Shown: in pieces, positions 61,320 to 64,000 of the stretch | How the letters are laid out: each line of letters begins with the position of its first letter | How positions within the stretch are numbered: the stretch's first letter is position 1 | Assembly (NCBI GenBank): GCA_051313645.2 | Contig: JBNRSN020000003.1 | Coordinates: 178,684,001-178,748,000 of the forward strand | DNA: 64,000 nucleotides | DNA from: Centroscyllium fabricii | Taxonomy: Eukaryota | Direction of reading: 5' to 3' | The notes under the pieces: generated by a model | Seen by the model: the letters and a program-made list of their open reading frames with translations, nothing else | Database searches by the model: none | Told to the model about the DNA's origin: nothing | Made by a program: the position numbers and the translations under genes

Positions 61320-64000
61320 TTATTTCATAATAGTCTGAAATACAAGATACCAATTATTTCTGTTACTGTATTTATTCACTTTGCATAAATGTATTTTTTT
61401 AAACAAAACTGGATACAGGCCTTCTGAATACATCAGAATATTATCCTAAACAATTAATTTCCTCTATAAAGGCCTTCCATGCTAACATTAGAATTCTCTC
61501 TTGGCTTTCGCTGTCTTTGCAACTATTCTTGTGAAATAATGGTTACTTTATTCATTGAGAAGTAGAACGGCTCCCTTTGTGCATTAGTAATATATTATTT
61601 TAAAACAGGAGATTGGATAGTGAAAGATCAAGGGTGTGAAGATAAAAATGGAAGAGAGGAATGGGTCTTTCTATGCACTTCTGACATTGCCATACAAAGG
61701 CAAGATTGTCCAAAAACAACGGGTGCAGGACAAAGAAGGAATCTACATACAAAGTCAGAAGGGGAGGCCGGATTTGTTTATTTAAAATGAAGTATGAAGA
61801 CTATTAATCTAATAAAGAGTTGCCGTTAGGATTAAAAATACACTGGCATTCCCCAAGATACAAAGACAGAGAGAGCAGAGCCAGGAGAGAATGCTAATGT
61901 CAGCAAAGAGGGTTCTTACAGAGGAAACAGATTGTGTAGGATAATATAGCGATGGTGTAATGGAAACAGCTGCTTGCTTTATACTCCAGTGTCTGGCATC
62001 TGCTACAGCATCATGGGAAAGGTTGGTTTAGGATTTCGACACCAAATGTAAATTCAGACAACTAGCCAAACAGCGGGATGCAGAATGCGCACAAAGAGCA
62101 GGATGATCTCTTTAGAAACGCAGTGAAAGAATGAGAAAACAGATTCCAGCAGGGCTTGGGTTCTGATGTAGTACTGGGACATAGTACTGGAAGGCTGCGG
62201 ATTTAAATGAGTTGTCCCGACAGGTTTGGGTGTTGTATCTGGGCGGTAACAAGCAATAATTACAACAATTAAAGAAATATACAGTACAACGCACAGAGAC
62301 TTAACTACTGCATCTGTGGTGTATTACTTCCCCCACCCCCTACCTTTACACTGAGAGCAGAGGCCTAAATAAGGATTTGATGAAATGCTTCACCTGTCAG
62401 TGCAAATCCACTTAGTCAATATTCAGCGCTAAATGTGCCATATGTGAAAGCTTCAGGAGAAGGTTGAAAAAATTGAAATACACCCCTTGATAAAGCTAAA
62501 CCAGTACAAGCACATCTGCTTCAATTAGAGGACTCAAATTAGATAAAATACAGCTATCAAGATGTTTACAAGACAAACCTGTTCTCTTTGAGGAAACACC
62601 TCCTTTGCACCACAATGCACAAACAAGAATTGGATCTTGCAGCATCCTGCTCACTGGCAGTATAGATTTTTTGTTCAAAATCAACTTATCCTAAACCAAA
62701 AAGGTAGTTTCATTTAAAAGGGTTTAATTGCTTCCAGTCTATTTGATAAAGAATAAACTGTTGTAGAAATACAGAGAGATTCAATGATATAATTCTAGAT
62801 CTGTTCTTTTACATTAAATACTTTTTGGAAGTTAAATACAAACAAACACTGAGTTTTTAACCATACTTCAAGTTCAGCAACACTCATAGGAACACAGAAT
62901 AAACAGACATTGAAACGGCAGGAGGAAGACAAGGAGTAATATGGTCTCAAATTCTCCAGTTACCAAAGGGCCACGAAGCATCCTGTTCCTTACTGAACAA
63001 AGCAATTTTTTTTTAAGTTAAAAGGCATCAGAGCTCATTTTAATTTGCACATTACAGTATAGCAATGGCAAAATAAATACCTATCTAGAGTGTATGCTAT
63101 ATTGTCTGTTTTCCAGTGACTAACTTATAGTTTCTATATACATTTTAATATTTTTATTATAGCTTTTTCACAGAGAACATAAAGGTTCCATTTCTAAATC
63201 AGCATTTAAACATTGTCCAGTGCTAGAAAAATTGAACAATTTAGCCAAAACCTAAAACAGATACAATTCACATCTCCCGCTAAACCTACAAATGAAACTG
63301 CAATCCTGACATGTGACCCCAGAGAAATGCATCACCCCTCCCCTCACGAATTTGCTTTCAGCTCTCAAAAAATGATACAAACAGCCCTATTGTCAGCCAA
63401 TCCACGTTTAATCCATGCATTAATGTCTGAATAGTTTTACAACCCTTCATTCAAATGCAAAGGCTTTGTTCAACTTGCCAAGACCATTTAGTTTGGATTA
63501 AAGGGAAAAAAGCAACAGACACACTGTACTAAAAACCATCACAGACACAAAGCAGCCTTTGGTATTACTGCTGTCCTTCTCCTTTAATACCCTTTAGTGG
63601 CAAATTATCGCTTGGCCTGATCTTCTGTTCTTCACTAACAAAGGTTATCCAATTTGAAGATCTCGCCCCAGTTAATGTTCCAAGCTGCTGAATTAAAATG
63701 CTGGTTCAAGCATCTATTTAACCTGCTGAATACGCTTTTTGAGAACATTTTTCACAATGCTTAAATTGAGTTTCCTTTAAAAATAGGATTTGTGCGTTTC
63801 AGCTGGTCAAAAGCACACACGCACAGTGCTTCATTCTAGTGTTTTCATTCCCCACACAAAAAAGTCTCAGTGTGGAAGAAAGCCTGGTTTAAAAAAAAGA
63901 AAGAAAATGTACAACCTACCACAGCATACATTTCTAAAGATCTCAAGTAATTCCATCATGTTTTTAGGAAACACAGAACTTGTCCATTTGGCAAACTGAA

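Overview
Eukaryotic, repeat-rich vertebrate DNA, most likely from a shark or other chondrichthyan, judging by its HE1/V-SINE, Deu-SINE, CR1/L2 and Penelope repeats. The whole window appears to lie in two long introns of ZNF608 on the minus strand. One 253-bp coding exon is present (39308-39560); I found no other exon. The introns hold many transposons. These include a near full-length Harbinger (18022-22741; convergent Myb/SANT and transposase genes) with several related non-autonomous elements, a hAT element with one frameshift (40832-43638), and a full-length Gypsy LTR retrotransposon (44156-48663) inserted in a SINE and itself hit by another SINE. There are also pogo/Tigger-like MITEs, tandem hAT MITEs and LINE fragments. 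Three things stand out. (1) The Gypsy element has no tRNA primer-binding site but an 18-nt perfect complement to its own LTR, suggesting self-priming, and its RT motif reads YLDN. (2) The 1.4-kb spacer between the two Harbinger genes seems to hold decayed extra reading frames, one with a Cys pattern recalling adenovirus E4 34K/orf6; this is speculative. (3) MITEs carry arrays of NRF1 and YY1 motifs. All family assignments come from reading the sequence; no searches were run.
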